DNA of 64,000 nt, taken from positions 64,001-128,000 of the forward strand of contig OZ220090.1 in NCBI GenBank assembly GCA_964291625.2, read 5' to 3'. Source of the stretch: Candidatus Latescibacterota bacterium. GTDB lineage: Bacteria; Latescibacterota; UBA2968; UBA8231. The notes under the pieces were generated by a model that was not told where the DNA came from, did no database searches, and saw only the letters and a list, made by a program, of their open reading frames with translations. Below are positions 9,999 through 20,479 of this stretch, in pieces. The position numbers and the translations under genes are program-made. The number at the start of each line of letters is the position of its first letter. The first letter of the stretch is position 1.

Positions 9999-10735
9999 GG
10001 CAACCGAGGGGGATTCGCCCCCAGACCCGTGGAGTTCCGGCCCGCCGTGCGCTGATCGCCGGGGCCGCCCTGATCGCCGCCGCCGCCGCCGGATGCGGCC
10101 GGACCCCCGACCCCGTGGCGCAGACGGCCCGCGACCTCGAACGCTACCCGGAGTACGCCGTCATCATCGAGGACCTGAAGGTGGAGGACGGGTTCTTCCC
10201 CGACTACTTCCTCCGCCTGCGGCTCATGACGGCCAGCGGCCAGCGGGTCGCCGGGAAGGACACCCTGGTCTACGAGGACCGGGTCACGGACTGGCTGGAG
10301 GTGGAGGAGGAGGTCATGGCCCGCTACCAGCACTACCTGGGCATGGTGGTGGCCGGCAAGACCCTCGACGGCAAGCGCACCACGTCCCGCCAGGCCCACC
10401 CCCCGGGGTACCAGTACGTCGGCAACAGTCAGTACGGCACCTGGGGCGCCGGCGGGTTCTGGCAGTTTTACGGCCAGTACGCCTTCATGAGCGCCATGCT
10501 CGGCGGTTTCGGGGTGGGCCGCGGCGACTACGCCGACTACCGCCGCAACCGCGAGGTCGGCCGGCCTCACTTCGGCCCCACCCGCCAGGGGCGGCGGACC
10601 TTCGGCACCGCCGGGACGCAGACCCAGAAGACCCGTCCCGACTTCTACCAGCGCTACCGGCAGCGCTCCACCGGCGGCGGGCGCGGCTTCGCGACGCGGA
10701 CCTCCGGTGTCGGCGGCAGGCGCTTCGGCAAGTGA
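9995..10735 (+). CDS. Putative (Tat) lipoprotein with Gly/Arg-rich tail (YjfM/DUF1190 analogue)
   Basis: RRALIAGAALIAAAAAGC signal; PPGYQYVGN..YG.W..FWQFYGQY; RGG-rich C-terminus. Confidence 0.65.
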   Translation: MRQPRGIRPQTRGVPARRALIAGAALIAAAAAGCGRTPDPVAQTARDLERYPEYAVIIEDLKVEDGFFPDYFLRLRLMTASGQRVAGKDTLVYEDRVTDWLEVEEEVMARYQHYLGMVVAGKTLDGKRTTSRQAHPPGYQYVGNSQYGTWGAGGFWQFYGQYAFMSAMLGGFGVGRGDYADYRRNREVGRPHFGPTRQGRRTFGTAGTQTQKTRPDFYQRYRQRSTGGGRGFATRTSGVGGRRFGK

Positions 10736-10766
10736 CCCGATCTCGAAACTGAGAGGGAGGTAGCCA

Positions 10767-11612
10767 GTGGATTCCATGCTGATTCCCATGGGCCAGTCGG
10801 CCGTGTACCTGCTCGAGGCCTTCGTCCTGCTCGTCATCGCCAAGTGGGCGTACACCAGCTTCTACCGCCGCGTGCATCTGAAGGAGGAGCTCTTCGACAA
10901 GGGCAACGCCGCCCTCGCGGTGTCGACGGCGGGCTACCTCTTCGGCATCGTCATCGCTCTCGGAGGCGTCCTTCTGGGGCCCTCCGCGGGGTGGCAGGCG
11001 GACCTGACGGCGATCGCCCTCTACGGCCTCATGACCATCGCCATGATGCTGGCGGCCAGCTGGCTGTGCGAGAAGGTCCTGCTCTCCCGCTTCGACAACA
11101 CCAAGGAAGTCGTGGAGGACCAGAACCTGGGCACGGCCTTCGTCGAAGCCGGGGTCCACATCGCCAACGGCCTCATCCTCCTGGCCATCCAGCAGGGCGC
11201 CGGCCCCTGGTGGGCGGGCCTCGTGTTCTGGGCCCTGGCCCAGGCCGTGCTGCTGATCCTCGGGCGGATCTACGAGATGGCCACGCCCCACAGCGTCCAC
11301 GACGAGCTCGAGCGCGACAACGCCGCCGTGGGGCTCGCCCTCGCGGGAGCGCTGGTGGGGATGGGCAACATCATCAGCCTCGCCGTGGCCGGGGACTTCA
11401 CGGGCTGGACGGACGGCCTGACCACCTTTGGCGCCGATGCCGCCTTCGGCCTGGTCATCCTCCTCGTCATCCGGCGGCTGAGCTGCGCCCTGCTGGCACC
11501 AGGCGTCAGCCTGGCCGCCCAGCAGACGCAGGAGACGCCCCGCACCGGCGCCGGTCTGCTGGAGGCTTTCGGCTACGTGGGCGGCAGCATGCTGGTCGTC
11601 TGGGTGCTCTGA
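10767..11612 (+). CDS. DUF350 membrane protein (duplicated domain)
   Basis: Repeated EL...GN.A.A motifs (ELFDKGNAALA, EVVEDQNLGTA, ELERDNAAVG); about 8 TM helices. Confidence 0.85.
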   Translation: MDSMLIPMGQSAVYLLEAFVLLVIAKWAYTSFYRRVHLKEELFDKGNAALAVSTAGYLFGIVIALGGVLLGPSAGWQADLTAIALYGLMTIAMMLAASWLCEKVLLSRFDNTKEVVEDQNLGTAFVEAGVHIANGLILLAIQQGAGPWWAGLVFWALAQAVLLILGRIYEMATPHSVHDELERDNAAVGLALAGALVGMGNIISLAVAGDFTGWTDGLTTFGADAAFGLVILLVIRRLSCALLAPGVSLAAQQTQETPRTGAGLLEAFGYVGGSMLVVWVL

Positions 11613-11651
11613 CACCCGCCCCGGAAGAGACGCGCCCGACCCGAGATCGCC

Positions 11652-12695
11652 GTGCCCATCTGGCTGCCCCTCATGCGCGTCTGGCGGCGGGTCGTCCACC
11701 GCCATTCCCTGGCGTGGATCTCCCTGCTGTCGGCGTCGCTCATCGTCGTCGGCGGGGTGCTGTTCTCGTTGATAGAGGACCAGCCCCTCGGCGACGGACT
11801 GTGGTGGGCGGTGGTGACGACGACGACCGTGGGCTACGGGGACTACTCGCCGGTGACCGCCCAGGGCCGGGTGGTGGGCGCCTTTCTGATGGTGCTGGGC
11901 ATCGGCGTCCTCGGCGGTTTCACGGCGGAGCTGGCCACCTTCATCATCGAGCACCGGAGCCGTAAAGACAGGGGGATCAAGCCCGTGAAGACGGATGGAC
12001 ATATCCTGGTCTGCGGCTGGAACGAGACCGGCGAGGATCTGGTCCGCAACATCCTCGCCGACAGCCTGCGAGTGGAGGTCGTGGTCCTCGCCGAGCTTCC
12101 CGGTCACCCCTTGCCCGCCGAGGGCGGGGCCGGCCGCGTGAACTTCGTCCACGGGAGGGTGGAGGCGGAGGCCCTGGACCGCGCTTCCGCGCGGGACTGC
12201 TCGGGGGCGGTGATCCTGGGAGACCAGGAGATCGAGGACACGGCCGGCCGCGACGCCAAGACGCTGATCCGGGCGCTGACGATCAAGGAGTACGAGCCGG
12301 CCCTCCACGTCTGCATCCAGCTCTACGACCCCGGCTCCACCCGGCACGCCGACATCTCCCGGGCCGACGAGGTCGTGGTCGTGGGCGCCCTCTCCAGCGG
12401 GCTGCTCAGCCGCGCCGTCCTCGACCCGGGCAGCTCGCGGGCGATCTCGAGCCTGGTGCGCGCCGAGGAGCAGTGCGAGATCTACCTTGTCGAGGTCCCC
12501 CCCGACTGGCCGGGAAAGCGCTTCGGCGAGATGCTGCCGGTGGCCAAGGAGACCCTCGACGTGCTGCTCGTCGGCGTCGAATCGGCTTCAGGGGGCCTGG
12601 TGGTGAATCCCCCCGGCGACTACGCCTTTGCCGCCGGCGACCGGCTGGCCGTCATCTCCGAGGACCGCCCCGACATCCGGACCCTCCACGGATGA
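11652..12695 (+). CDS. 2-TM potassium channel with RCK/TrkA domains
   Basis: Selectivity filter TTTTVGYGD; HILVCGWN RCK start; TrkA-C-like NPPGDYAFAAGDRL. Confidence 0.92.
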   Translation: MPIWLPLMRVWRRVVHRHSLAWISLLSASLIVVGGVLFSLIEDQPLGDGLWWAVVTTTTVGYGDYSPVTAQGRVVGAFLMVLGIGVLGGFTAELATFIIEHRSRKDRGIKPVKTDGHILVCGWNETGEDLVRNILADSLRVEVVVLAELPGHPLPAEGGAGRVNFVHGRVEAEALDRASARDCSGAVILGDQEIEDTAGRDAKTLIRALTIKEYEPALHVCIQLYDPGSTRHADISRADEVVVVGALSSGLLSRAVLDPGSSRAISSLVRAEEQCEIYLVEVPPDWPGKRFGEMLPVAKETLDVLLVGVESASGGLVVNPPGDYAFAAGDRLAVISEDRPDIRTLHG

Positions 12696-13087
12696 GCCCG
12701 TCTCTCCCGGCACCCGTCGACACCGGGGTGAGATCCGCCCTGGGCCGCCATCTCCTGGTCGATCTCTACGGCTGCGCCCGGGGGCTGCTCGACGACGTGG
12801 ACCATGTCCGCCGGGGCCTGCTGGCCGCCGCCGAGGAGGCCGGCGCCACCGTGGTGGACGCACACTTCCACAGCTTCTCCCCATGCGGCGTCACCGGCAC
12901 CGTATCGATCCAGGAGAGCCATCTCTCCATCCACACCTGGCCGGAGCACCAGTACGCCGCCGTCGACATCTTCACCTGCGGCGACTCCATCGATCCCTGG
13001 CGCGCCTACGAGTCTCTCAAGACCGCCCTCGAGGCCGACCGGGGCTCCGCCATGGAGATCCGGCGGGGACGGCCCGACCTGTTGTAG
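12692..13087 (+). CDS. speD: S-adenosylmethionine decarboxylase proenzyme
   Basis: GRHLLVDLYGC, HSFSPCGVT, autocleavage motif ESHLSIHTWPE, AAVDIFTCG; ATGA overlap with the channel gene. Confidence 0.95.
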   Translation: MSPSLPAPVDTGVRSALGRHLLVDLYGCARGLLDDVDHVRRGLLAAAEEAGATVVDAHFHSFSPCGVTGTVSIQESHLSIHTWPEHQYAAVDIFTCGDSIDPWRAYESLKTALEADRGSAMEIRRGRPDLL

Positions 13088-13101
13088 CGGTCTGTTGCAG
13101 C

Positions 13102-13145
13102 CGGGCCAGATCGGCCCGACGGGCCGAGATTCCTCTCTTGGCCCG
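13102..13145 (+). terminator. Tandem GC-rich hairpins between speD and drmD (possible terminator)
   Basis: CGGGCC-agatc-GGCCCG (13102-13118) and CGGGCCGAGA-ttcctc-TCTTGGCCCG (13120-13145); no U-tract. Confidence 0.3.
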
Positions 13146-13175
13146 GATGTACTCTGATCCTTATATGTGCTCCCC

Positions 13176-16100
13176 ATGAGTCTACCCGAGAGACCCCCGA
13201 AACCGGGCGACCTGGTCCTCGTCCGCTCGCGCCGCTGGTTGGTCGAGGATGTGGTAACCAACGGGGCCGCATCCCCTCTCGTTCGCCTCGCCTGCGCTGA
13301 CGACGACGCCCAGGGCCAGGAGCTGGAGGTCTACTGGGACTACGAGATCGACCGCCTGATCCTCGAGGAGGAGGGCTGGGCCGACCTCGCGTCGAAGGGG
13401 TTCGACACGCCGCGGCACTTCGCCGCCTTCCTCCACACCCTGCGCTGGAACTGCGTCACGGCGACCGACCCGAACCTGTTCCAGTCTCCCTTCCGCGCCG
13501 GCATCAAGATCGACGCCTACCAGATGGAGCCCCTGCGCAAGGCCCTGCGCCTGCCCCGGGTGAACCTGTTCATCGCCGACGACACCGGGCTCGGGAAGAC
13601 GATCGAGGCCGGCCTGATCGCCCGGGAGCTGCTGTTGCGGAAGAAGGCGAAGACCATCGTGGTCTCGGCTCCCCCTTCGGTGCTCGAGCAGTGGAGGGGG
13701 GAGTTGGAGGAGCGCTTCGGACTGGTCTTTGAGGTCCTCGACCGGCGCTACCTGGCCCGGATTCGCCGCGAGCGGGGATTCGGCGTGAATCCGTGGCGGA
13801 CCCACAGTCGCTTCCTGGTCTCCCACAACCTGCTGGTCGATCCCACCTACGCCGACCCGATGCGGGAATGGCTGGGGGGGTTGCTGCCAGGGAGCCTGCT
13901 GATCCTCGACGAGGCCCACCACGCGGCACCTTCCAGCGGGGGCCGCTACGGCATCGAGACCAAGTTCACGCGCGCCGTCCGGGATCTATGCGCCCGCTTC
14001 GAACACCGGCTGTTCCTCTCTGCCACGCCCCACAACGGCCACTCCAACAGCTTCTCCACCCTGCTGGAGCTACTCGACCCCTACCGGTTCACACGGGGGG
14101 TGAAGATCCGCGGCAAGGGCGAGCTCGAAGAGGTGATGGTACGCCGCCTCAAGGAGGACATCCGCGAGATCCAAGGGGGCTTCCCCAGGCGGAGTGTCGA
14201 GAGGGTGGAGATCGACGACCTGCCGCCCGACGCCCCCGAGATCCTGCTCTCGGAGCTCCTCGATCAGTACCGCACCGTCCGGGAGGAGCGGCACGCGACG
14301 ACCTCGCAGAGGGCCCGGGCCGCAGCCGGGCTGCTCGTCGTCGGGTTGCAGCAACGGCTGCTCTCCTCCATCGAAGCATTTGCCCGAACCCTCAAGGTGC
14401 ATCGGCGCACCGTGCTGAAGCAGTGGGAACGAGAGCAGGAAGCCGCTGCCGAGATCCCGGAATCCGAAGATCAGGACAGCCTGCTGCGGACAGCCCCGGA
14501 CTCCGATGACGAGCGGGGCGAGTGGGAAGAGGATCAGCTCGAAGCCGAAGAGGAAGCCGAGGTCGAGGCGATGACGGTCGCGGCCGAAGAAGGAAGCGCG
14601 CGAGACGAGAGCACCGAGGTGTTGTGGCGCGGGGAGCAGGAACTCCTGGACCGCATGGAGAAGATCGCCGAGCAGTCGCGGTACCTGCCGGACGCCAAGG
14701 TGCGGCGGCTGATCGATTGGATTCGGGAGAGCCTCTGTCCCGGACTGCCTGCCCTTGGCGAGCGGGCGCAGGGTGAGCCGGCCTATTGGAACAATCGCCG
14801 GGTGCTGATCTTCACCGAGAACCGGGAGGGGACGAAGCGCTATCTGCGGACCATTCTGGAGGAAGCGATCGCAGGAACAGACCTGGCGGACGAGCGCATC
14901 GAGGTGATTGACGGCCTGGTCAGCTCGAAGAATCGGCGGGAGATCCAGAAGCGCTTCAACACCGATCCGGCCAAGGACCCGCTCCGCATTCTACTGGCGA
15001 CGGATGCTGCGCGAGAGGGTCTGAACTTCCAGGCCCACTGTACCGACCTGTTCCACTTTGACCTGCCTTGGAACCCGGGCCGGATCGAACAGCGGAACGG
15101 CCGCATCGACCGCAAGCTGCAGCCCGCCCCTGAGGTCCGGTGCCACTACTTCGTCCTGCCTCAGCGGGCCGAGGACCGCGTTCTGCAAGTCCTGGTCAAC
15201 AAGACCGAGAGGATCAAGCGGGAGTTGGGCAGCCTATCGAAGGTCATCGACGACGATGTCGAACGGCTCCTTCGAGGCGGCATCCGCCACGCGACCGCCG
15301 CCCAACTCGCCGAGGAGATCGAGAATGCCGATCTGGACGAGGAGCGGAAACGGGTTGCGGAAGAGGAGTTGGAGGGCGCCCGCGAGCGCCAGGAAGACCT
15401 GAAGGAGCAGATCGAGCGCTGCCAGTCACTGCTCCAGAACTCACGAGAATCGGTCCGCTTCGAAGAGGGTGCCTTCCGGGATGCGCTTTCCTGCTCGCTT
15501 GAGCTGCTGGGGACGGATCACCTGGAGGAGACTCGCGATCAGGAGGGGCGACAGGTCTGGAGATTCCCTGCTCTCGACCAGAGAGCGGAGACCGACGCCA
15601 GTTGGTCGGCCACGCTCGATACCTTGCGACAGCCAAGGAAGCCGGATCAGAAGGTGACCGAGTGGCGCCGGCAGGCGCCGATCCGTCCGGTCGTCTTCAA
15701 GGACCCCGGCGTTGTTACCGAGGACAGCGTGCACCTGCACCTGGAGCAGCGCGTGGCACAGCGGCTGCTGGCCCGGTTCCGGGCCCAGGGCTTCATCTAC
15801 CACGACTTGACGCGGGCCTGCCTGGCGCAAGCCCGGGACTCGGTACCGCGCGTGATCCTCCTCGGACGGCTCTCGCTGTACGGGCGAAATGCCGAACGCC
15901 TGCACGAGGAGCTGGTTCCGGTAGCAGCAAGATGGGTCGACGCCTCAGGGCGAAGAGGACCGCTCCGGGCGTACGCCCGGGAGACCGAGTTGCGCACGCT
16001 CGACCTGCTCGAAGAGGCCCTCACAGGTGACAGCGTGCGGGTGCCGAACAGGGCGATTCAGGACCGGCTTCTCGCAACTGCGGCGGAGGATATCGAGGAA

Positions 16101-16454
16101 CTGCTGCCCCAACTGGAACCGCGGGCCGAGGAGCTGGCCGGCATCGCCGTCGAGCGTCTGGCCGAGCGCGGAGCCCGCGAGGAGAAGGATCTGCGGGCGA
16201 CGCTGGAGCGCCAGCGTGACCGCGTGGTCGAGGAGTTAAACAGGTACGATCGCGGCTACGAGCAGATGACCCTGAACTTCAACCCCGAGGAGCGGCGGCA
16301 GGTCGAGGAGAACATGCGAGGGTGGCGCCTGCGTCTCGAACAGTTCGACCAGGACCTCGAAGCCGAACCCGCCCGCGTGCGCGAGTTCTACGAGGTGCGG
16401 GCCAGACGCGTCGAGCCGGTCGGCCTCGTCTACCTGTGGCCGGAGACCAACTGA
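13176..16454 (+). CDS. drmD: DISARM SNF2-like helicase DrmD
   Basis: IADDTGLGKT, DEAHH, LSATPHNG, TDAAREGLNFQ, EQRNGRIDR, C-terminal EPVGLVYLWP; first gene of the class I DISARM order. Confidence 0.92.
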   Translation: MSLPERPPKPGDLVLVRSRRWLVEDVVTNGAASPLVRLACADDDAQGQELEVYWDYEIDRLILEEEGWADLASKGFDTPRHFAAFLHTLRWNCVTATDPNLFQSPFRAGIKIDAYQMEPLRKALRLPRVNLFIADDTGLGKTIEAGLIARELLLRKKAKTIVVSAPPSVLEQWRGELEERFGLVFEVLDRRYLARIRRERGFGVNPWRTHSRFLVSHNLLVDPTYADPMREWLGGLLPGSLLILDEAHHAAPSSGGRYGIETKFTRAVRDLCARFEHRLFLSATPHNGHSNSFSTLLELLDPYRFTRGVKIRGKGELEEVMVRRLKEDIREIQGGFPRRSVERVEIDDLPPDAPEILLSELLDQYRTVREERHATTSQRARAAAGLLVVGLQQRLLSSIEAFARTLKVHRRTVLKQWEREQEAAAEIPESEDQDSLLRTAPDSDDERGEWEEDQLEAEEEAEVEAMTVAAEEGSARDESTEVLWRGEQELLDRMEKIAEQSRYLPDAKVRRLIDWIRESLCPGLPALGERAQGEPAYWNNRRVLIFTENREGTKRYLRTILEEAIAGTDLADERIEVIDGLVSSKNRREIQKRFNTDPAKDPLRILLATDAAREGLNFQAHCTDLFHFDLPWNPGRIEQRNGRIDRKLQPAPEVRCHYFVLPQRAEDRVLQVLVNKTERIKRELGSLSKVIDDDVERLLRGGIRHATAAQLAEEIENADLDEERKRVAEEELEGARERQEDLKEQIERCQSLLQNSRESVRFEEGAFRDALSCSLELLGTDHLEETRDQEGRQVWRFPALDQRAETDASWSATLDTLRQPRKPDQKVTEWRRQAPIRPVVFKDPGVVTEDSVHLHLEQRVAQRLLARFRAQGFIYHDLTRACLAQARDSVPRVILLGRLSLYGRNAERLHEELVPVAARWVDASGRRGPLRAYARETELRTLDLLEEALTGDSVRVPNRAIQDRLLATAAEDIEELLPQLEPRAEELAGIAVERLAERGAREEKDLRATLERQRDRVVEELNRYDRGYEQMTLNFNPEERRQVEENMRGWRLRLEQFDQDLEAEPARVREFYEVRARRVEPVGLVYLWPETN

Positions 16455-16456
16455 GC

Positions 16457-19400
16457 ATGGCCAAGGTGGACCCTCACGTTCTCAGGCACCTGGAATGGAT
16501 CGGCTTCGTCCAGCCGAGCGGCCTCGTCGTCTCCGCCCCCGCGCTGGTGCGCGCCGGCGCCATCCTCGACCGGCAGGACGCCGAAGGGCAGCGGCTGCTG
16601 CGCGATTGCGTCGAGGAGAGGGTTTTCCGCCCCGACAGCGAGCCGGAACCCTGGTTGCCGGACTTCGAGACCTTCGCCAGGACCGTCCTCGGATGGAACT
16701 TCTCGCCCAAGGGCTACGCTGGCGGCGAAGATCACCCCATCCCTGACGAGCTGAGGGTAACCGCCACGGACGGAGAAACCCTCGCCCCCGACTTCGCCGT
16801 CCTCGAACGGAACCCGGAGAAAGGGGAGTCCCGCTGGCAGCTCCTGGTCCAGGCCTTGGAACCGGGACAGGACTTCGACAAGGAGGTCAAAGGCTCCGGC
16901 TCCCTCGAAGCCTCCCCCCACAGCCGGATGGAGCGGCTTCTCCGGCGTGCCGAGGTGAAGGCCGGTCTGCTGTTCAACGGCCTGGCCATCCGGCTGATCT
17001 CGGCGCCCCGGGGCGAGAGCTCCGGCTGGATGGACTTCCGCGTGAAGGAGATGGCGCAGACCTCCGGCCGGCCGATATGCGCCGCCATGCGGCTCTTGTT
17101 GGGGCAGGGCCGCCTGTTGTCGCTGCCCACCCCGAAGCGGCTGGCGGCCCTGCTCACCGACAGCCGCAGGTTCCAGAACGAAGTCAGCGAGAGGCTCGCC
17201 GAGCAGGTACTGCACGCCCTTTACGAGATGCTGCGCGGACTCCAGGCGGCCCACGACGCCTCCAAGGGCGAGCTGCTGCGGCAGACCCTCGCGGAGAATC
17301 CCGACCGCGTCTACCACTCCCTGCTCACCGTGATCCTGCGGCTCGTCTTCCTGCTCTACGCCGAAGAGCGGGACATGCTCCCGAAGAACGAGACCTTCCA
17401 GCGCTACTACTCCCTCGTGGGACTCTACGAGCGCCTCCGGGAGGACGCCGCCCTGTACCCCGACACTATGGACCAGCGCTACGGGGCCTGGGCCCAGCTG
17501 CTGGTGCTGTTCCGCCTGATCCACGACGGCGCCAGGACCGGGGAGATGAGCCTGCCCAGGCGCCACGGCGTCCTCTTCGACCCGGACCGGTTCCCCTTCC
17601 TCGAAGGCCGCCCGGAGGTGGTGGCCCGCCAGATCCACGAGCGCATCGATCCGCCCCTGGTGCCCGACGGCACCATCTACCGCGCCCTGGAGAAGCTGCT
17701 GGTCCTCGACGGCGAGCGGTTATCCTACCGGGCCCTCGACGTGGAGCAGATCGGCTCGGTCTACGAGACCATGATGGGGTTCCGCCTGGAGACCGCGAGC
17801 GGAAGGTCGGTGGCGATCAAGGCGGCCAAGAAGCAGGGCGCGCCCACGGCCGTGGACCTGGACGCCCTGGCGGAGGAACCGGGGGCCCGGCGCGACACAT
17901 GGCTCCGGGACAGCATCGGCCGGAGACTCGGCGACAGAATCAGGAGGGAGGTGAAGGAAGCCGGGAGCGTGGAGGATCTGCACGCGGCCCTCATGCCGGT
18001 GATCGAGGCCGAGGCCACCCCCGACTTGGTACCGCAGGGAGCGATGTGCTTGCAGCCCAGCGAAGAGCGCCGCCGCTCCGGCTCGCACTACACCCCGCGC
18101 GAGCTGACGGAGCCGATCGTGCGCACGACCCTGGAGCCGATCCTGGCGCGGCTTCAGGGAGAGGACGGGAGGCCCCCGAGTCCTGAACAGATCCTCGACC
18201 TCAAGGTCTGCGACCCAGCCATGGGTTCGGGTGCCTTTCTGGTGGAGGCGTGCCGCCAACTCGGCGACGCCTTGGTGGAGGCTTGGCGCGCCCACGGGGA
18301 GGTGCCGGAGATCCCGGCCGACGAGGACGAGGGGATCTTCGCCCGCCGGCTGATCGCCCAGCGCTGCCTGTACGGAGTGGACCGGAACCCGATGGCGGTC
18401 GACCTCGCCAAGGTTTCGCTATGGCTGGCCACTCTCGCCAAGGACCACCCGCTGACATTCATCGACCACGCCCTGCGGCATGGGGACTCGCTGGTCGGGC
18501 TGTCGCAGCGCCAGATCGAGGACTTCCACTGGGAACCCGGCGCCGGCGAGGCCCGATGGGGGTTCGAGAGCACGGCGGTACAGGAGCACGTGAAGAAGGT
18601 GGCCGGGCTGCGGCAGCGGATCCGCGAGGCGGGGGAGGAGACCGCCGACTGGGAGCTGCGAGACCTGTGGGACGAGGCCCGGCACGAGTTGGGCGAGGTG
18701 CGGCTCTTCGGCGATTTGGTGACGGCCGCCTTCTTCGAGGGGGCCAAGTCGAAGCAGCGGCAGGCGAAGCTCCACGAGTACGACCAAGTGGTTTACGTAG
18801 GCAAGGCCGGGCAGTACCGGGATCGGCTGCAGGAGCAACGCCGCGCCGATCCGCCGCTGGCTCCCTTCCATTGGGAGGTAGAGTTCCCGGAGGTCTTCCA
18901 CCAGGAGAATCCGGGGTTCGACGCCATCGTGGGAAACCCGCCGTTCGCTGGCAAGAACACCGTGGCCAAGGCCAACGTTCCCCGCTATCTGGATTGGTTG
19001 AAGCAGGTCCACGAGGGAAGCCACGGCAACGCCGACCTCGTGGCCCACTTCTTCCGCCGGGCCTTCGATCACGCACGCAAGGACGGTACCTTCGGCCTGA
19101 TCGCCACCAACACCATCGCCCAGGGGGATACGCGCTCCACCGGGCTGCGCTGGATCTGCGAGAACGGTGGGGAGATCTACCAGGCGCGCAGGCGGGTCAA
19201 GTGGCCTGGGCTTGCCGCGGTGGTGGTGAGTGTGCTCCACGTTCACAGGGGGCCGTTCAGTGGAGCAAAACGACTCGATGACGAGGTGACGGATACGATC
19301 ACGGCCTTTCTCTTCAACGGCGGCGGCCACGAAGACCCTGAGCGCCTCAAGGCCAACACGGGCAAGAGTTATGTCGGCAGCTACGTTCTCGGGATGGGGT

Positions 19401-20479
19401 TCACCTTCGACGACACCAACAAGAACGGAGTCGCCTCATCGCTGGCCGAGATGCACCGACTCATCGAGCGAGATCCTCGGAATCAGGAGGTGATCTTCCC
19501 TTATATCGGAGGCGAGGAGGTGAACACCAGCCCGATCCATGCCCATCACCGCTACGTCATCAACTTCCGCCACTATCCCTTGCGCCGGGATGACCTGGGC
19601 AAACGATGGGCGACCGCGGACAAAAACCAGTGCCGAGAATGGCTGCGGCAGGGAATCGTGCCTCTCGACTATCCGTCACCGGTGGCGGAGGATTGGTCGG
19701 AGTTGCTGGCGATTGTTGAGGAGAGGGTAAAGCCAGATCGCGCCAAGCTCACGAAGAACGCCATTGGACGACAACGTGCCGCATTCTGGTGGCGGTACGG
19801 CTCGACAGCAAAGGAACTCTACGCTGCTGCCACAGACTTGAAGCGGGTTCTGGCGATCTCACGGGTCGGTCAGCAAGCGGCCTTCGCATTCCTGCCCACA
19901 GATACGGTCTACGCGGAGACAACCATTGTCTTCCCCCTCGACACCTACGCCGTCTTCTGTGCCCTCCAGGCCCGTCCTCACGAGATCTGGGCACGCTTCT
20001 TCGGGTCATCGATGAAGGATGACCTCCGCTACACCCCCTCCGACTGCTTCGAGACCTTCCCCTTCCCCCGCCGCTGGAGAACCCACCCAGCCCTCGAAGC
20101 CGCCGGCCAAGCCTACTACGACTTCCGCGCCAGCCTCATGGTCCGCAACGACGAAGGCCTGACCAAGACCTACAACCGCTTCCACGACCCTGACGAAGAC
20201 GACCCCGACATCGCCAAACTCCGCGAGCTGCACGCCGCAATGGACCGGGTCGTACTCGATGCGTATGGTTGGAAGGAGATCCCCACCCACTGCGAGTTCC
20301 TCCTCGACTACGAGATCGACGACGAAGAGGGGACCAAACGCAAGAAACCCTACCGCTACCGCTGGCCCGACGACACCCGGGACGACGTCCTTGCCCGCCT
20401 CCTCGAGCTGAACGCCCAGCGCCCCAAGCGGGAGAGCGGCACCAAACCGGCCTACTGGGACGATGAAACCGATGAGTAG
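16457..20479 (+). CDS. drmMI: DISARM N6-adenine DNA methyltransferase DrmMI (Eco57I/type IIG-like)
   Basis: GSHYTP, DPAMGSGAFL (SAM binding), GNPPF (catalytic), RYTPSDCFETFPFP; starts 2 nt after the drmD stop. Confidence 0.9.
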   Translation: MAKVDPHVLRHLEWIGFVQPSGLVVSAPALVRAGAILDRQDAEGQRLLRDCVEERVFRPDSEPEPWLPDFETFARTVLGWNFSPKGYAGGEDHPIPDELRVTATDGETLAPDFAVLERNPEKGESRWQLLVQALEPGQDFDKEVKGSGSLEASPHSRMERLLRRAEVKAGLLFNGLAIRLISAPRGESSGWMDFRVKEMAQTSGRPICAAMRLLLGQGRLLSLPTPKRLAALLTDSRRFQNEVSERLAEQVLHALYEMLRGLQAAHDASKGELLRQTLAENPDRVYHSLLTVILRLVFLLYAEERDMLPKNETFQRYYSLVGLYERLREDAALYPDTMDQRYGAWAQLLVLFRLIHDGARTGEMSLPRRHGVLFDPDRFPFLEGRPEVVARQIHERIDPPLVPDGTIYRALEKLLVLDGERLSYRALDVEQIGSVYETMMGFRLETASGRSVAIKAAKKQGAPTAVDLDALAEEPGARRDTWLRDSIGRRLGDRIRREVKEAGSVEDLHAALMPVIEAEATPDLVPQGAMCLQPSEERRRSGSHYTPRELTEPIVRTTLEPILARLQGEDGRPPSPEQILDLKVCDPAMGSGAFLVEACRQLGDALVEAWRAHGEVPEIPADEDEGIFARRLIAQRCLYGVDRNPMAVDLAKVSLWLATLAKDHPLTFIDHALRHGDSLVGLSQRQIEDFHWEPGAGEARWGFESTAVQEHVKKVAGLRQRIREAGEETADWELRDLWDEARHELGEVRLFGDLVTAAFFEGAKSKQRQAKLHEYDQVVYVGKAGQYRDRLQEQRRADPPLAPFHWEVEFPEVFHQENPGFDAIVGNPPFAGKNTVAKANVPRYLDWLKQVHEGSHGNADLVAHFFRRAFDHARKDGTFGLIATNTIAQGDTRSTGLRWICENGGEIYQARRRVKWPGLAAVVVSVLHVHRGPFSGAKRLDDEVTDTITAFLFNGGGHEDPERLKANTGKSYVGSYVLGMGFTFDDTNKNGVASSLAEMHRLIERDPRNQEVIFPYIGGEEVNTSPIHAHHRYVINFRHYPLRRDDLGKRWATADKNQCREWLRQGIVPLDYPSPVAEDWSELLAIVEERVKPDRAKLTKNAIGRQRAAFWWRYGSTAKELYAAATDLKRVLAISRVGQQAAFAFLPTDTVYAETTIVFPLDTYAVFCALQARPHEIWARFFGSSMKDDLRYTPSDCFETFPFPRRWRTHPALEAAGQAYYDFRASLMVRNDEGLTKTYNRFHDPDEDDPDIAKLRELHAAMDRVVLDAYGWKEIPTHCEFLLDYEIDDEEGTKRKKPYRYRWPDDTRDDVLARLLELNAQRPKRESGTKPAYWDDETDE

